Shown piece after piece: positions 46,260 to 55,897 of a stretch of 64,000 bases of DNA (position 1 is its first letter; the number at the start of each line of letters is the position of its first letter). Source of the stretch: a virus; the IMG/VR virus record IMGVR_UViG_3300003583_000001, positions 1 through 64,000 of that record; one strand, 5' to 3'. The position numbers were made by a program, and so were the translations under genes. The notes under the pieces are model-generated. The model did not search any database. It was given only the letters and a program-made list of their open reading frames with translations, and had not been told where the DNA came from.

Positions 46260-47276
46260 CTAGTTTGCTAGTTTATTTCTAAGTATTTGCAAATTATTAC
46301 TTTCTGGCGCTTCTCGTAACAATCTAGCAAACTCCATCATCATCAAATCTCCATCATTTTCAATTGGCGTCAAATCTCTATCATTTGCAGCATCAACAAA
46401 CGACGAATTCGATTGTCCGACTTTTTGAAATTCTGTGTATCTCCACACAATGTCTTCAGCTTTATCACCAATAACATTTCGTATTTCATCTCTATTTGTA
46501 ATTAAAAATGACGATTGGTATATTTTATGGTACAGTATAGCATTTATTTGACTCGTAGTCAAGTTAAATTGTTTCATTGCCTCATCAGTAATGTCGTAAA
46601 AATATTGAAACCAAGACACATTCGAATGTAGTTTAATATCGAATTCGTTTTGAATCATATATTTAATGGCAGGGTGATTGATGTTATTTTTAATAGTTTT
46701 AAATACAAGAACAAGTCGAAGATCATTACACATTCTAGATAATGGTCTAGCACCATGCAGAGCATTCGAATCGAATATAAACAGTCGCCCACATTTCGGC
46801 AAAATTGAATAATCGATATCCTTCGTATCACGATTAATGATTACAGTTTCGCCGCCCCATTGATAGTTCCATTGCGTATTTAAATAAACCATACATGTTT
46901 CAGATGGCTCATGATATTCCCGTCCTATCCACGGGTCATCTGTATGGATATATCCATCAGTGCCATATGTATATCCATTAAAATATAGTCTATTGACGCC
47001 CGTATTGTCACCGTCGGGTAGATGTGGTTTTATGTTTTCCCATATATCAAATAAGTCTGAATAAGTATCCTTGTAATAACTTAGCTTAGATATATCATAC
47101 GGAAGATATCTAGATATGTTCTTAGAACGATTATCTGGACTACAGTTCCAATGTCCATGTGAGTCGACAGAATTATTTGCTTTCCATCCATATTTCATAC
47201 CTTGTAATGGATACTTGTTTCTTATATATCTAACACTATGATCGTCGATAAAGTTATCTATAGTTTTATACAACAT
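46260..47276 (-). CDS. 2OG-Fe(II) oxygenase with degenerate C-terminal helical domain
   Basis: GYIHTD, VYLN..W...WGGET and LHGARP...R.VLVFK. Confidence 0.85.
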   Translation of the reverse strand: MLYKTIDNFIDDHSVRYIRNKYPLQGMKYGWKANNSVDSHGHWNCSPDNRSKNISRYLPYDISKLSYYKDTYSDLFDIWENIKPHLPDGDNTGVNRLYFNGYTYGTDGYIHTDDPWIGREYHEPSETCMVYLNTQWNYQWGGETVIINRDTKDIDYSILPKCGRLFIFDSNALHGARPLSRMCNDLRLVLVFKTIKNNINHPAIKYMIQNEFDIKLHSNVSWFQYFYDITDEAMKQFNLTTSQINAILYHKIYQSSFLITNRDEIRNVIGDKAEDIVWRYTEFQKVGQSNSSFVDAANDRDLTPIENDGDLMMMEFARLLREAPESNNLQILRNKLAN

Positions 47277-47745
47277 TCAATATTACCCCCAATTTGTTAA
47301 TGTTTTCGCTAGATAAGTCAAAACCATTAACGATTGTATCACTTCTCATAGAAGGCCTTTGCTCTAAGAGGTTAGCAAACTCTATCCATCTTAGTTGTGT
47401 AATCCATGGGTCAGATAAAACATTATTATTAATAATAGAATTTATCCTATCTTTCTTTTTACAAAATATATTAACAAGAACTTCAGCCTCGATACCAATT
47501 ATACTCTGAATTTCTTCTCTCTCTACTAAAAATGATTTGGAATCTTTGTAATAAGTAGTACCGTAAATAGAATGAAAGAGTCCTGCTTTTAGTTCAACAG
47601 CAGGACGACCAAAATTATTCAAAATATTAGAGGTGCCAATCAAATGTTCTAATAGTGTTCTTTTAGAATGCCGCAATTTATCAGCACCAATTGAACAAAG
47701 ATAATTAATTGGTCTTTCTAACTCTTCTATCATACTTTTTTCCAC
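47266..47745 (-). CDS. DUF6817-like (HD-related) protein
   Basis: HSKRTLLEHLIGT...AGLFHSIYGT...IGIEAE. Confidence 0.75.
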   Translation of the reverse strand: MEKSMIEELERPINYLCSIGADKLRHSKRTLLEHLIGTSNILNNFGRPAVELKAGLFHSIYGTTYYKDSKSFLVEREEIQSIIGIEAEVLVNIFCKKKDRINSIINNNVLSDPWITQLRWIEFANLLEQRPSMRSDTIVNGFDLSSENINKLGVILNVV

Positions 47746-48779
47746 GTGATTAATTCCATTTCTGCTTCAAGACCGCTATATGAACTACTATCTATAATGA
47801 GTTGAATGTCAGCAGATTTCATCCCGCTGATTATCATATCATTTATATCTTTGCCTGGAGTGTCTGGCCAGAAGCATACTTTATATCCCTCTTTAACACA
47901 CTTCTCCATCTTCTCAACGATTTGCTTATTTCTCGGTTCATTGTCAAATACGATAGTAGCATTCTCAGTACGCATCAAACTCTTGAACGACGCACCAGCC
48001 ATCGCAATAGAATTATCAAGGAACAAACTATCGATTGGTCCCTCAACGACTGTATATTTACTATTATAGTCTAAATCTTGTAGCCCGTATACCTTTTCTT
48101 TGTCTTCATCTAGCATTATAGTTATATATCTAAGCTGGTCTTTATCGAACGCTCGACCTTGAAATCCAAACACCTCTCCTCTAGCATCTATAAATGGTAG
48201 TACAAGTCGAGAGTGTTCTTTCATCTCTAGTTTGCCTGGTACTAGAGAGTTGACGTACTCAACAAACTTGGAAGCGTAGTATAATTTATAATGTTTATTT
48301 GTGGGGATTTTTCGTGATTCAGCATACACTCGTGCCTTGTGATTAGGCATGAGTTGAGAAATCTTTTTGATTTTGAGGAGAGGAGAACCACGCTTGCGAA
48401 ACTTCGGTGTCTTGAAGTTTAGTGCTGTAGGCTCTTTCTTCTTAGTTGATAGCTTCTCTAGACCATGCTCAGAAACATAGTCGTTGTATAGCATAGGGTC
48501 AACCAACTTTAGAAAGTGCCTAAGATTATGACTCGCATTGCAATTATGACAATAGAACACAGTCAATTCATGACTCTTTTCGAGTATCCACCCACGAGCC
48601 TTCGTCTTCGATTTTTGGGAATCACCACAGATAGGGCAACGACAGTTGACCCTGTATGGGTGCATAGACTTTACGCTAAATCTCTCTAGTCTATTTGACA
48701 AGAGATTAGCAAACTTCATATCAATAGGATTCAATAACTTATTCCTTACATCAACAGCGATAAAGCTATTATACAGCAT
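47730..48779 (-). CDS. gp61: DNA primase gp61 (true start probably about 45 nt inside)
   Basis: CRCPICGDS, YCHNC, FQGR, VEGPIDSLF, VFDNEPRN and KDINDM. Confidence 0.95.
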   Translation of the reverse strand: MLYNSFIAVDVRNKLLNPIDMKFANLLSNRLERFSVKSMHPYRVNCRCPICGDSQKSKTKARGWILEKSHELTVFYCHNCNASHNLRHFLKLVDPMLYNDYVSEHGLEKLSTKKKEPTALNFKTPKFRKRGSPLLKIKKISQLMPNHKARVYAESRKIPTNKHYKLYYASKFVEYVNSLVPGKLEMKEHSRLVLPFIDARGEVFGFQGRAFDKDQLRYITIMLDEDKEKVYGLQDLDYNSKYTVVEGPIDSLFLDNSIAMAGASFKSLMRTENATIVFDNEPRNKQIVEKMEKCVKEGYKVCFWPDTPGKDINDMIISGMKSADIQLIIDSSSYSGLEAEMELITWKKV

Positions 48780-48795
48780 ATGTAGGAAAAGTCAA
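48756..48795 (-). promoter_or_regulatory. Primase promoter with AGCTTTATCGCT motif
   Basis: TTGACT-N16-TATAAT-AGCTTTATCGCT. Confidence 0.75.
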
Positions 48796-48796
48796 C

Positions 48797-49213
48797 CTAA
48801 AATATGGCAGAAATATCAACCTTGGACATTAAAAATCCTATAGCAGCGGCAGAGGCGATTACGCCATACTTCCACTTTTCAAGCATGATGATACGTTTCT
48901 CGTGCTTTTCGAACATTAATCTTACAACTTTAAACTCTGCTACAATCGAGTCGTAGTTGCGCTCCATCGTATGATTGAGGTCATCACGAAGTTCAGAAAT
49001 TCTCTTATGAGTTATACTGATGCTTTCGTCTTGATTTTCAATACGAGTTTCATGCACCGCCAGCAACTTTGAAATATGACCAGATACCTCAGCCATTTTT
49101 TCAATTGCTCTATCTAGTCTATCAACTAGAAGTCTGTTGGTCTCAACTGTAGTTTTGATGTCACTCACTTCATTTTGAAGTTTGCTCAGTTGGTTCTGAT
49201 TCTGATCCGTCAT
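48797..49213 (-). CDS. Coiled-coil protein with C-terminal TM helix
   Basis: KLLAVHETRI...LEKWKYGVIASAAAIGF. Confidence 0.7.
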   Translation of the reverse strand: MTDQNQNQLSKLQNEVSDIKTTVETNRLLVDRLDRAIEKMAEVSGHISKLLAVHETRIENQDESISITHKRISELRDDLNHTMERNYDSIVAEFKVVRLMFEKHEKRIIMLEKWKYGVIASAAAIGFLMSKVDISAIF

Positions 49214-49583
49214 CTGCTGGTTTAATCGCTTTCTCGTAATAGAGGATAACTTCCCTTTGTTGGCGAATATATCGTTCCAACTCAGATACGTTTAGTGCTA
49301 AGTTTTGATATCCACGAATAGAAAATGCAACAATAGCGAGTTGACCGTTTTCGTCTCTAAACTCTTCTAAGAACTCATCGATGTTCTTTTCGCTTACAAC
49401 TCGAATATCAACGTCATACAGTTCAATTGGTTTTGGCGGGGCCGCTTCCTGAATCTGTTTTGACTGGTACTCCGTCTGCGTTACTATCTTTGCTGGCAGC
49501 GGCTTTCTCCCGCTGGAGCATCCGCTGGCGAGCATCGTTACCGCTAAGAGACTCAATACGAGCCCAAACTTTTGTAGTTGCAT
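49170..49583 (-). CDS. o-spanin (outer-membrane lipoprotein)
   Basis: Lipobox LASGC, Pro-rich segment, overlaps the i-spanin 3' end. Confidence 0.8.
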   Translation of the reverse strand: MQLQKFGLVLSLLAVTMLASGCSSGRKPLPAKIVTQTEYQSKQIQEAAPPKPIELYDVDIRVVSEKNIDEFLEEFRDENGQLAIVAFSIRGYQNLALNVSELERYIRQQREVILYYEKAIKPADDGSESEPTEQTSK

Positions 49584-49911
49584 TTTTCATCCTCTCTTCA
49601 AGATTCTGTGGGTCTTTCAGCGCATCTTTCGATAGGTCACGCTTCGATAGAACCTTTCGCAGCTTGTCTTGCTGCTCAGTTGCTTTTGTGAGATTGCTTT
49701 GAAGTTCTTTGTTTAGTGCTTGTTGCTGTTGAATATCAGAATTCATCTGTTTGATTGTCGCTTGAGAGGTTTCAACAGCCTGTTCTAGCTTCGCTTGGTT
49801 CTCAGCATAGATAGCAAGGCGCTCTTGCGTGTCCTCATAATACATGAAACCACCGTAACCGATACCACCTAGAACACCCATAAGAACAAAGATTAAAATG
49901 AAGATAGGCAT
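49423..49911 (-). CDS. i-spanin
   Basis: N-terminal TM helix followed by a long coiled coil. Confidence 0.8.
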   Translation of the reverse strand: MPIFILIFVLMGVLGGIGYGGFMYYEDTQERLAIYAENQAKLEQAVETSQATIKQMNSDIQQQQALNKELQSNLTKATEQQDKLRKVLSKRDLSKDALKDPQNLEERMKNATTKVWARIESLSGNDARQRMLQREKAAASKDSNADGVPVKTDSGSGPAKTN

Positions 49912-50399
49912 TATTTAACTCCTTCAAGCTCTTTTCGCTTCAACAGCTTCTTCTGTGATTTCTTAGATACTACTGGATCATCAGGTGGCAATCCAGCGAC
50001 ATTACCACCACCAGCAGCATTAGCAATCTCTTCAAAGCGAAGATTGATATCATTGTTCTCTGAGAGTGTTGTGTAGTGCCTCATGAATCCTTCTCGAAGA
50101 ACCTCATTGGAAGTTTCTTCAGTGTAGTCCTTACCTTCTTTGACAAGATACAAAGCAGCCGCATACGAACCCAATCTTGTTTTACCGCCAGGAATCTTCT
50201 CGACTAATCTCTTTAGATTTAAAATCATTAAATCGTATAGACCAAACGCATCTCGTTCTTTAATTGTACGCAAGTCTTTTCTGCTCTTTAGAATATTACC
50301 ACGCTCATCAATTATTCCACGTTTGTACGCTTCCCACTCATTGAAAGGAGTGGCAAGTCGTTTAACCATGTTGTATACGAGGAATAAATCGACAATCAT
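49911..50399 (-). CDS. Conserved T4-like hypothetical protein
   Basis: KRLATPFNEWEAYKRGIIDERG. Confidence 0.8.
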   Translation of the reverse strand: MIVDLFLVYNMVKRLATPFNEWEAYKRGIIDERGNILKSRKDLRTIKERDAFGLYDLMILNLKRLVEKIPGGKTRLGSYAAALYLVKEGKDYTEETSNEVLREGFMRHYTTLSENNDINLRFEEIANAAGGGNVAGLPPDDPVVSKKSQKKLLKRKELEGVK

Positions 50400-50773
50400 T
50401 AGATGTTCCTAATCTTCTCTATTACATTTGAATCCATACCAATGTCTGTACTTAATACACGCTTCTTATTATATACCACAAAATCTGGCATAAAATTAAG
50501 TTTCAGGAGGAACGGCTTTAGAACTTTTGAATGTTCTTCTAGCTTTAAAAATAAGATATTAGTTGCTGCTAAACCAAAACAGTTATAGAGAACTATAATA
50601 TGATTGAGTATTAGCCGTTCCTTTAACTCGCCTGAACCTTCATAACGATTGAAGAGTCGCTTGAGATACTGTATACGTTTCAGATCATCCTCGAACTCTT
50701 CATAGCTTGAACACTGTGGGTTATCATAGTGCTTTGACGCATAAATTAAAAAAGTTTGTTCAGTTAATTCCAT
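50399..50773 (-). CDS. Conserved T4-like hypothetical protein
   Basis: YASKHYDNPQC...EFEDDLKRIQYLKRL...ERLILNHII. Confidence 0.8.
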   Translation of the reverse strand: MELTEQTFLIYASKHYDNPQCSSYEEFEDDLKRIQYLKRLFNRYEGSGELKERLILNHIIVLYNCFGLAATNILFLKLEEHSKVLKPFLLKLNFMPDFVVYNKKRVLSTDIGMDSNVIEKIRNI

Positions 50774-50798
50774 GATAAATCCACAGTGTTACAAAAAA

Positions 50799-51374
50799 TT
50801 AAGATACGGTAATTGTACCTGCTGCTGTTCCGATAGCACTTGAGTTAGTGATAGTGGAAACAGTAGAAGTACCAGCATCCTTGATAGTACCACTATTTAG
50901 AGCAGTAGCGTTAGCGCCGATAGACACTACGTCTGTTGCAAGTAGTTCGCCTGATGACCATGTATGCGTAAATACAAGTTCGTTTGTACCTGTACCAGAA
51001 GCATATGGCAGAACGATATTAACACTGGTGCTTGTACCAGCGCTATCATTCGTTACAGTTAGCTGTGGTGTACCACTAGTGGTATCAACATCAACTGCTT
51101 CGTTGAAACGAACACGAACTGAGAGAGGAGCAGCAGTAGCTGCTGCAATTGCAGTTGTGATGAATTCGATTTCAGTAATATCAGCAGCACCAATGCCAAC
51201 AGCTTGAGCGCCGATAGCAACTAGAACTTCTGGTTGGGCGCTTGCATTGCCGTTACCAGAAAGACCAGGCTCTGCGACCCAACCAGCGGATGTAGCATAG
51301 ACCTGCTTCTTCTGTGCGTCTGTTAAATACTTTGGTTTTGCTTCGTCAGCATCTGATGTACCCCAGAGTGCCAT
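50799..51374 (-). CDS. Virion structural/decoration protein (Ig-like)
   Basis: MALWG start, EVLVA and YASGTGTNELVF. Confidence 0.7.
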   Translation of the reverse strand: MALWGTSDADEAKPKYLTDAQKKQVYATSAGWVAEPGLSGNGNASAQPEVLVAIGAQAVGIGAADITEIEFITTAIAAATAAPLSVRVRFNEAVDVDTTSGTPQLTVTNDSAGTSTSVNIVLPYASGTGTNELVFTHTWSSGELLATDVVSIGANATALNSGTIKDAGTSTVSTITNSSAIGTAAGTITVS

Positions 51375-51402
51375 GGCGTATCTCCTTCTTGAGTTTGTGT
51401 AA

Positions 51403-51603
51403 TTACTTTTTAGCTTCTTTTTTAGCGATAGCCTTACCGATTGCCTTACGGCGCATTTTAAGATACTTATCAGAATCGTCTACGTCACCATCATTATCGA
51501 TATCAGCATCTGCTTTTCCAACAGGGTCCATACCATCACCGTCATCAGTCTTTTTACTGACCTTTGCAAATTTCTCTAAAAGTTCTAAAGCGTCTTCAAC
51601 CAT
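51403..51603 (-). CDS. Small protein with DxDxDG motif
   Basis: MDPVGKADADIDNDGDVDDSDKYLKMRRKAI. Confidence 0.7.
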   Translation of the reverse strand: MVEDALELLEKFAKVSKKTDDGDGMDPVGKADADIDNDGDVDDSDKYLKMRRKAIGKAIAKKEAKK

Positions 51604-51865
51604 CTGAATATTCCTTTATCTTAATTTTTAATTTGTTCTTACCTTTATGAAGACGATGAAACGTTTCTTTAGGTATGAATATTGTATTTGAACTATTTAT
51701 ACTAAATGGTAAGTCGTTGTCGTATTGAAACATCCAACCATCACCTTCAATAACTTCTACAAGTCTATCTGTCTCATCACGGTGCCATTCAAGTTCAGTC
51801 GTATCATCGTCGAACTCACGAATCCAAACACCACCTTCTTTTTCATAATCTATATAAGGCTTCAT
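51596..51865 (-). CDS. Cupin-like protein
   Basis: WHRDETDR...FIPKETFHRL. Confidence 0.75.
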   Translation of the reverse strand: MKPYIDYEKEGGVWIREFDDDTTELEWHRDETDRLVEVIEGDGWMFQYDNDLPFSINSSNTIFIPKETFHRLHKGKNKLKIKIKEYSDG

Positions 51866-51868
51866 ATT

Positions 51869-52405
51869 TTACCACCAAGAGCTAGGGTTATCAACTTGCA
51901 TACCAAGCATCTTAGCGTATCGTGGTAGACGACACGCCCAATAAGATGGCTTTGTTTTATCGTTTCTTGTATCACATTTATGTCTTGCAGCGAATGACTT
52001 TCTAGCAGCAACGTCATTGATCTTAGCTTTAAGACCCGTTGTATCACCCCAAGTAACTTTCTTTACATTGCCTGTAGACGGGTCTTTGACATACACATAG
52101 AACTTCTTTGGACCACCACGCTTTGGCTTATTGAGTTCTGGTTCATCTTCTTCGACAAGCGGGCAATCAAGAGGAACTTCTTCCCCTTGATAGTCAGCCA
52201 TCTCGCCAAGATTGGTCTCTAGAATTTGAGCATCAAGCGGAGACACATTCAATTTACCATCTTTATAGTATTGTCTTGCTTCACGAAAGAATTCAAAATA
52301 GCTTTCTGAAAGCGGACGATACACATTATCTACAAGTGGAATATCATTTGCCTCCATAAACCACATAGCTTTTTCTACATCCGCATGTTGCTCAAACTTC
52401 ATCAT
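51869..52405 (-). CDS. Conserved T4-like hypothetical (head-associated) protein
   Basis: KKFYVYVK...KSFAARHKC...YWAC. Confidence 0.78.
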   Translation of the reverse strand: MMKFEQHADVEKAMWFMEANDIPLVDNVYRPLSESYFEFFREARQYYKDGKLNVSPLDAQILETNLGEMADYQGEEVPLDCPLVEEDEPELNKPKRGGPKKFYVYVKDPSTGNVKKVTWGDTTGLKAKINDVAARKSFAARHKCDTRNDKTKPSYWACRLPRYAKMLGMQVDNPSSWW

Positions 52406-54477
52406 TGGCCGGGTGTGTCCTTCTTATACTTAGCGTTCAACTCATCTGTACCCTCTTCACCTGCACCATATTCTTCATCAACCATTTTAGCAAGCGTTCT
52501 TGCGTCAAGTTTGAGACTATTCATGCGAATGACTTCTGCTGCCCAATAACCCACACTATGAGTCTTGTCTTTAGCTCTTTCTTTTTTAACTAATTCGACA
52601 GCTTTTTTATATTTATCTTTGTTCAACATAAGTCCTAATTTAGACTCGTCTACATCTGAAGATTCTACGACTGATGGAACGAATCCATCCTTTGCTGTTT
52701 GTTCCGAGAATTTATTAGCAAACATTGTATCGTTAAGCATATCAGTAAACGATTCGTTCACATCATCTGTTGTGGTATCACATTGACCACAGCATTCCGG
52801 TGTTCCACAGTTATCATGAACAATTTCTTCACTACGAACTTTAGCGGCTAGGTCAGCGTCAGCTTTACCCCATGTACCCTTTCCTTTTGTAATGAAAGAG
52901 TTTACACGAGCATACGCCCACTGCTCTTGACCAGCGCCTGGGCGATGACCAGTTCTCCAAGCAGCCATACCTCTATCATAGACCTTCTTTAGAATGCCAT
53001 AGGAGATACCAGACTTTTCAGATTTTTTTTTTAATCCCTCAAGAGATTTTTCTACAATCACTTCTTCGAACATCTCGTTCAAAACATCATTGAGCATATA
53101 GTCAACTTCTTCGATGAAACCCTTCTCATCAAGTTCAACTGGCTTTGCCATGTTGACTCTATAACGCTTGAAACGTTGGTCATGCTTGACTGTGCTTTCT
53201 TTGCCAAACATCTGATGATAGCGCTTTGTATGCGTTGAAGTCTTTGTTACAGCATCAGAGTCGCCTGCGTGTTTGTCTGGATAAGCAGATGCATCATCGC
53301 TATCTTTCTCTGCTGCTTTGCTAAACTGAGCATCACGCTTTTGCTTTGTAGATTTAGCAAGACCACTATGATACTTAGCGGGCTGAGAACCCTTCTTATC
53401 ACCAATATCTTTATCTTCTCTTTCAAAAAGATTTTCAAACTCTTCATTGACGCTTTCTTCAGCTGGGCCTTGTCTAACCTTTGCAAGTCTTTCTTTCTCA
53501 GCTTTCTTTACTCCTTGGAATTGCTTTTTAGCAATCTTTGCAATAGCACCTTTCTTTTTTTCAACCTTCTTGTCAATCGCCATCTTTTCTGATGGACCGA
53601 GGTTTTTATAATCTAAACCTTTGGCACCAGCAACTTTCTTTCTGATGATCTCAATTGCTTTTTTACGAGAACGAAGTTTCAACTTCTCAGGTGATGCCAT
53701 CTTCTTTGCAGCAATCTTACGACCACGCATAATCTTAGCTTTGGCTTTCTTGAAAGACATTGCTCTCTTTTTACGATCAGCGACACTGAGAACAGCTTCG
53801 AACATCAAGTCTTCGCCAAGCTCTTGTTCCATCTCTTCAGCAATCTTCATACCATCTCTGACTGCTTGGTACACCTTACTTGCAGAACTCTGTAGCTTCT
53901 TAGGAAGACCAGACTTGAACGCTTTCTCATCACCCGCAGAAGCAGCGGCTCGCATCTTAGACGCTGACATGCCAGCAGCGCCTTCAGCATCTGGATCACG
54001 TTCGCCAGCAGATACGACTTCAATAGAGTCGAATGTGTAGTCTTTACCGTTGTATTTGTTGAGTAGGGTTTTAAACTCTTCAACTCTGTCTGAACCAGCA
54101 ATCATAATCAGTTTTGTATGACCCATGTCTTCTAGCTCTTTAGCAACCTGCATAAGCGTTTTTGAGCGAGACTTTGTGACCATATTACCAAATGCTTTCT
54201 TTGCGAGAGCAATCTTAGTAGCATATGGTAGTGGGTTCTTCTTTGAGTCGTATGATTGTGAGAGATAGAGGTGTGACATCGCATTGTTCTGTTTTGCGAC
54301 TGCGTTGATCTTGTCAACGAGTTTTTCATGCCCAATCGTGGGAGGATTCATCCTTCCAAACGAGAATACCGCTGTTGGTGATACGGCCTCTTCTAACGAT
54401 GGATTGATATCAATCGTATTCTTTACGACAGCATCGTTCTTCTTCTTGTCCTTTTTGGACTTCTTTTCGTCTTCCAT
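52402..54477 (-). CDS. HIGH-family nucleotidyltransferase (cytidylyltransferase-like) multidomain protein
   Basis: FGRMNPPTIGHEKL, AGSDR and MSASKMR; later VYDRGMAAW...QWAYARVNSF domain. Confidence 0.85.
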   Translation of the reverse strand: MEDEKKSKKDKKKNDAVVKNTIDINPSLEEAVSPTAVFSFGRMNPPTIGHEKLVDKINAVAKQNNAMSHLYLSQSYDSKKNPLPYATKIALAKKAFGNMVTKSRSKTLMQVAKELEDMGHTKLIMIAGSDRVEEFKTLLNKYNGKDYTFDSIEVVSAGERDPDAEGAAGMSASKMRAAASAGDEKAFKSGLPKKLQSSASKVYQAVRDGMKIAEEMEQELGEDLMFEAVLSVADRKKRAMSFKKAKAKIMRGRKIAAKKMASPEKLKLRSRKKAIEIIRKKVAGAKGLDYKNLGPSEKMAIDKKVEKKKGAIAKIAKKQFQGVKKAEKERLAKVRQGPAEESVNEEFENLFEREDKDIGDKKGSQPAKYHSGLAKSTKQKRDAQFSKAAEKDSDDASAYPDKHAGDSDAVTKTSTHTKRYHQMFGKESTVKHDQRFKRYRVNMAKPVELDEKGFIEEVDYMLNDVLNEMFEEVIVEKSLEGLKKKSEKSGISYGILKKVYDRGMAAWRTGHRPGAGQEQWAYARVNSFITKGKGTWGKADADLAAKVRSEEIVHDNCGTPECCGQCDTTTDDVNESFTDMLNDTMFANKFSEQTAKDGFVPSVVESSDVDESKLGLMLNKDKYKKAVELVKKERAKDKTHSVGYWAAEVIRMNSLKLDARTLAKMVDEEYGAGEEGTDELNAKYKKDTPGQ

Positions 54478-54526
54478 TTTTCTCTCCAGGTTTTCCGTAG
54501 ACTTGACTGGTCTATGATATGTTGAT

Positions 54527-54534
54527 TATTTATA
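54527..54534 (-). promoter_or_regulatory. Late promoter TATAAATA
   Basis: Exact consensus upstream of the nucleotidyltransferase operon. Confidence 0.8.
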
Positions 54535-54545
54535 CGAAATAAGTA

Positions 54546-54585
54546 TTGACTATCTCTTCAAACATGATATAATAGCGTTATCGCT
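54546..54585 (+). promoter_or_regulatory. Orphan antisense sigma70 promoter with AGCGTTATCGCT motif
   Basis: TTGACT-N16-(TGA)TATAAT-AGCGTTATCGCT, pointing into the 3' end of the glycosyltransferase operon. Confidence 0.7.
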
Positions 54586-54587
54586 TA

Positions 54588-55286
54588 TTATGCATTAGTA
54601 AATGTTGTTGATTTTAATCTTTGTGTATCAGTATAGTATGTCTTAGTGACACCAAGAAATGGAAAGAGTTGTTGACATATCAATGCATCATTGGGCCACA
54701 TTCCATGATCATAAGCAGCACCGATGATTTGATCTGCTCCTTCTGGTTTAATGACATATGCTGAAGCACCAGCGATACCCTGTGGAACTTCCATACTATC
54801 AATCACTGGGCAGTCAACAAGTGGTCCAGGTGCTGTTTGCACCACAGAATGAAAACGACCATCCATACGAGTGTTTCCTCTTGGCTCGTTGATACCAATC
54901 ACTTCATAGTCTGAGTCAATCACATATTGAGCGTCAAACTTACGAAGAAACTTAGCATCGTGTTCTAGAATTAGAATTGGTTCGCTCTCTTCTACACACT
55001 TCTTCCACAGATAGTAGTGACTCATAGCACAAGCATAACGACGCTTTGGTGGACCACCATAATAATGAAACTTCATCTTGAGTTCCTCGTTGTATACACG
55101 ACCGCTGTCTGGCCATGTCCACTTCAGACCTTCTTTCTCCATATGCTCATCGACATTATCTGCTACGATAGCATCAAACCTTTCGATTGTAAAGTCATTT
55201 CCAACATTTTCTGATGACTCAACGAGAGTTTTGTATCCCCCCTCAGATAGAGCGTGGTCTTTCATTACGATTGCAAAACATTTCAT
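54588..55286 (-). CDS. GT25-like glycosyltransferase
   Basis: FDAI, CAMSHYYLWKKC, ILILEHDA and ASAYVI. Confidence 0.85.
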   Translation of the reverse strand: MKCFAIVMKDHALSEGGYKTLVESSENVGNDFTIERFDAIVADNVDEHMEKEGLKWTWPDSGRVYNEELKMKFHYYGGPPKRRYACAMSHYYLWKKCVEESEPILILEHDAKFLRKFDAQYVIDSDYEVIGINEPRGNTRMDGRFHSVVQTAPGPLVDCPVIDSMEVPQGIAGASAYVIKPEGADQIIGAAYDHGMWPNDALICQQLFPFLGVTKTYYTDTQRLKSTTFTNA

Positions 55287-55897
55287 CTTTCTATCCTTAC
55301 AATGTAACTGTCTGGTATACGAGATGATTTCCTCAAATCAATATTCGTTACCTTATATTGATTTATTGCTTTCGCAAAACCGCCCCAAAGTTCTAAGTTA
55401 TAACGATCTGGTCTATCTTTAACCCACTGATGTGACCACTCATTTTCTGTCATGATATCAAGAGGCCAAACGTCTTCCACATAGAAGATGCCGTCGTCTT
55501 TTAGAAAACCGATAAGATTTTCAAACGTCTTTGTGTTTGCTTCTGGTGTGTGAAGACCATCATCGATGATGAAATCGAACTTAACATCACCCCAAGCAGA
55601 TTCGATAGCACTCTTCATTTCTGGCAAGGTAGAGTCTGCTTTCATCCAATGAACTCTATCATGTTTTAAAATGGAGAGTTCTTCTGGCGTAATTCGAGTG
55701 AAGATATCAACACCATAGACTTGAGCATTAGGAAAATATTCAATCCAAGATGAATGACTTGTACCCTTCCAAATACCAACCTCTAAGATATTGATGGGGT
55801 CGTTTCTCCGTGTCTCAAAGTCTTTAGCATATACCTCATAGTAATGATGCTTGTCTTTATCACAAGAGTGTTTTCTGAAGATTTCATTAAGTTTCAT
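55283..55897 (-). CDS. Class I SAM-dependent (sugar O-) methyltransferase
   Basis: ILEVGIWKGTS, FDFIIDDGLH and YVEDV. Confidence 0.87.
   Translation of the reverse strand: MKLNEIFRKHSCDKDKHHYYEVYAKDFETRRNDPINILEVGIWKGTSHSSWIEYFPNAQVYGVDIFTRITPEELSILKHDRVHWMKADSTLPEMKSAIESAWGDVKFDFIIDDGLHTPEANTKTFENLIGFLKDDGIFYVEDVWPLDIMTENEWSHQWVKDRPDRYNLELWGGFAKAINQYKVTNIDLRKSSRIPDSYIVRIER

Noticed and set aside
51694-51701. TATAAATA inside the cupin gene
   Set aside because: Intragenic match in AT-rich sequence; possible internal late promoter but unsupported.
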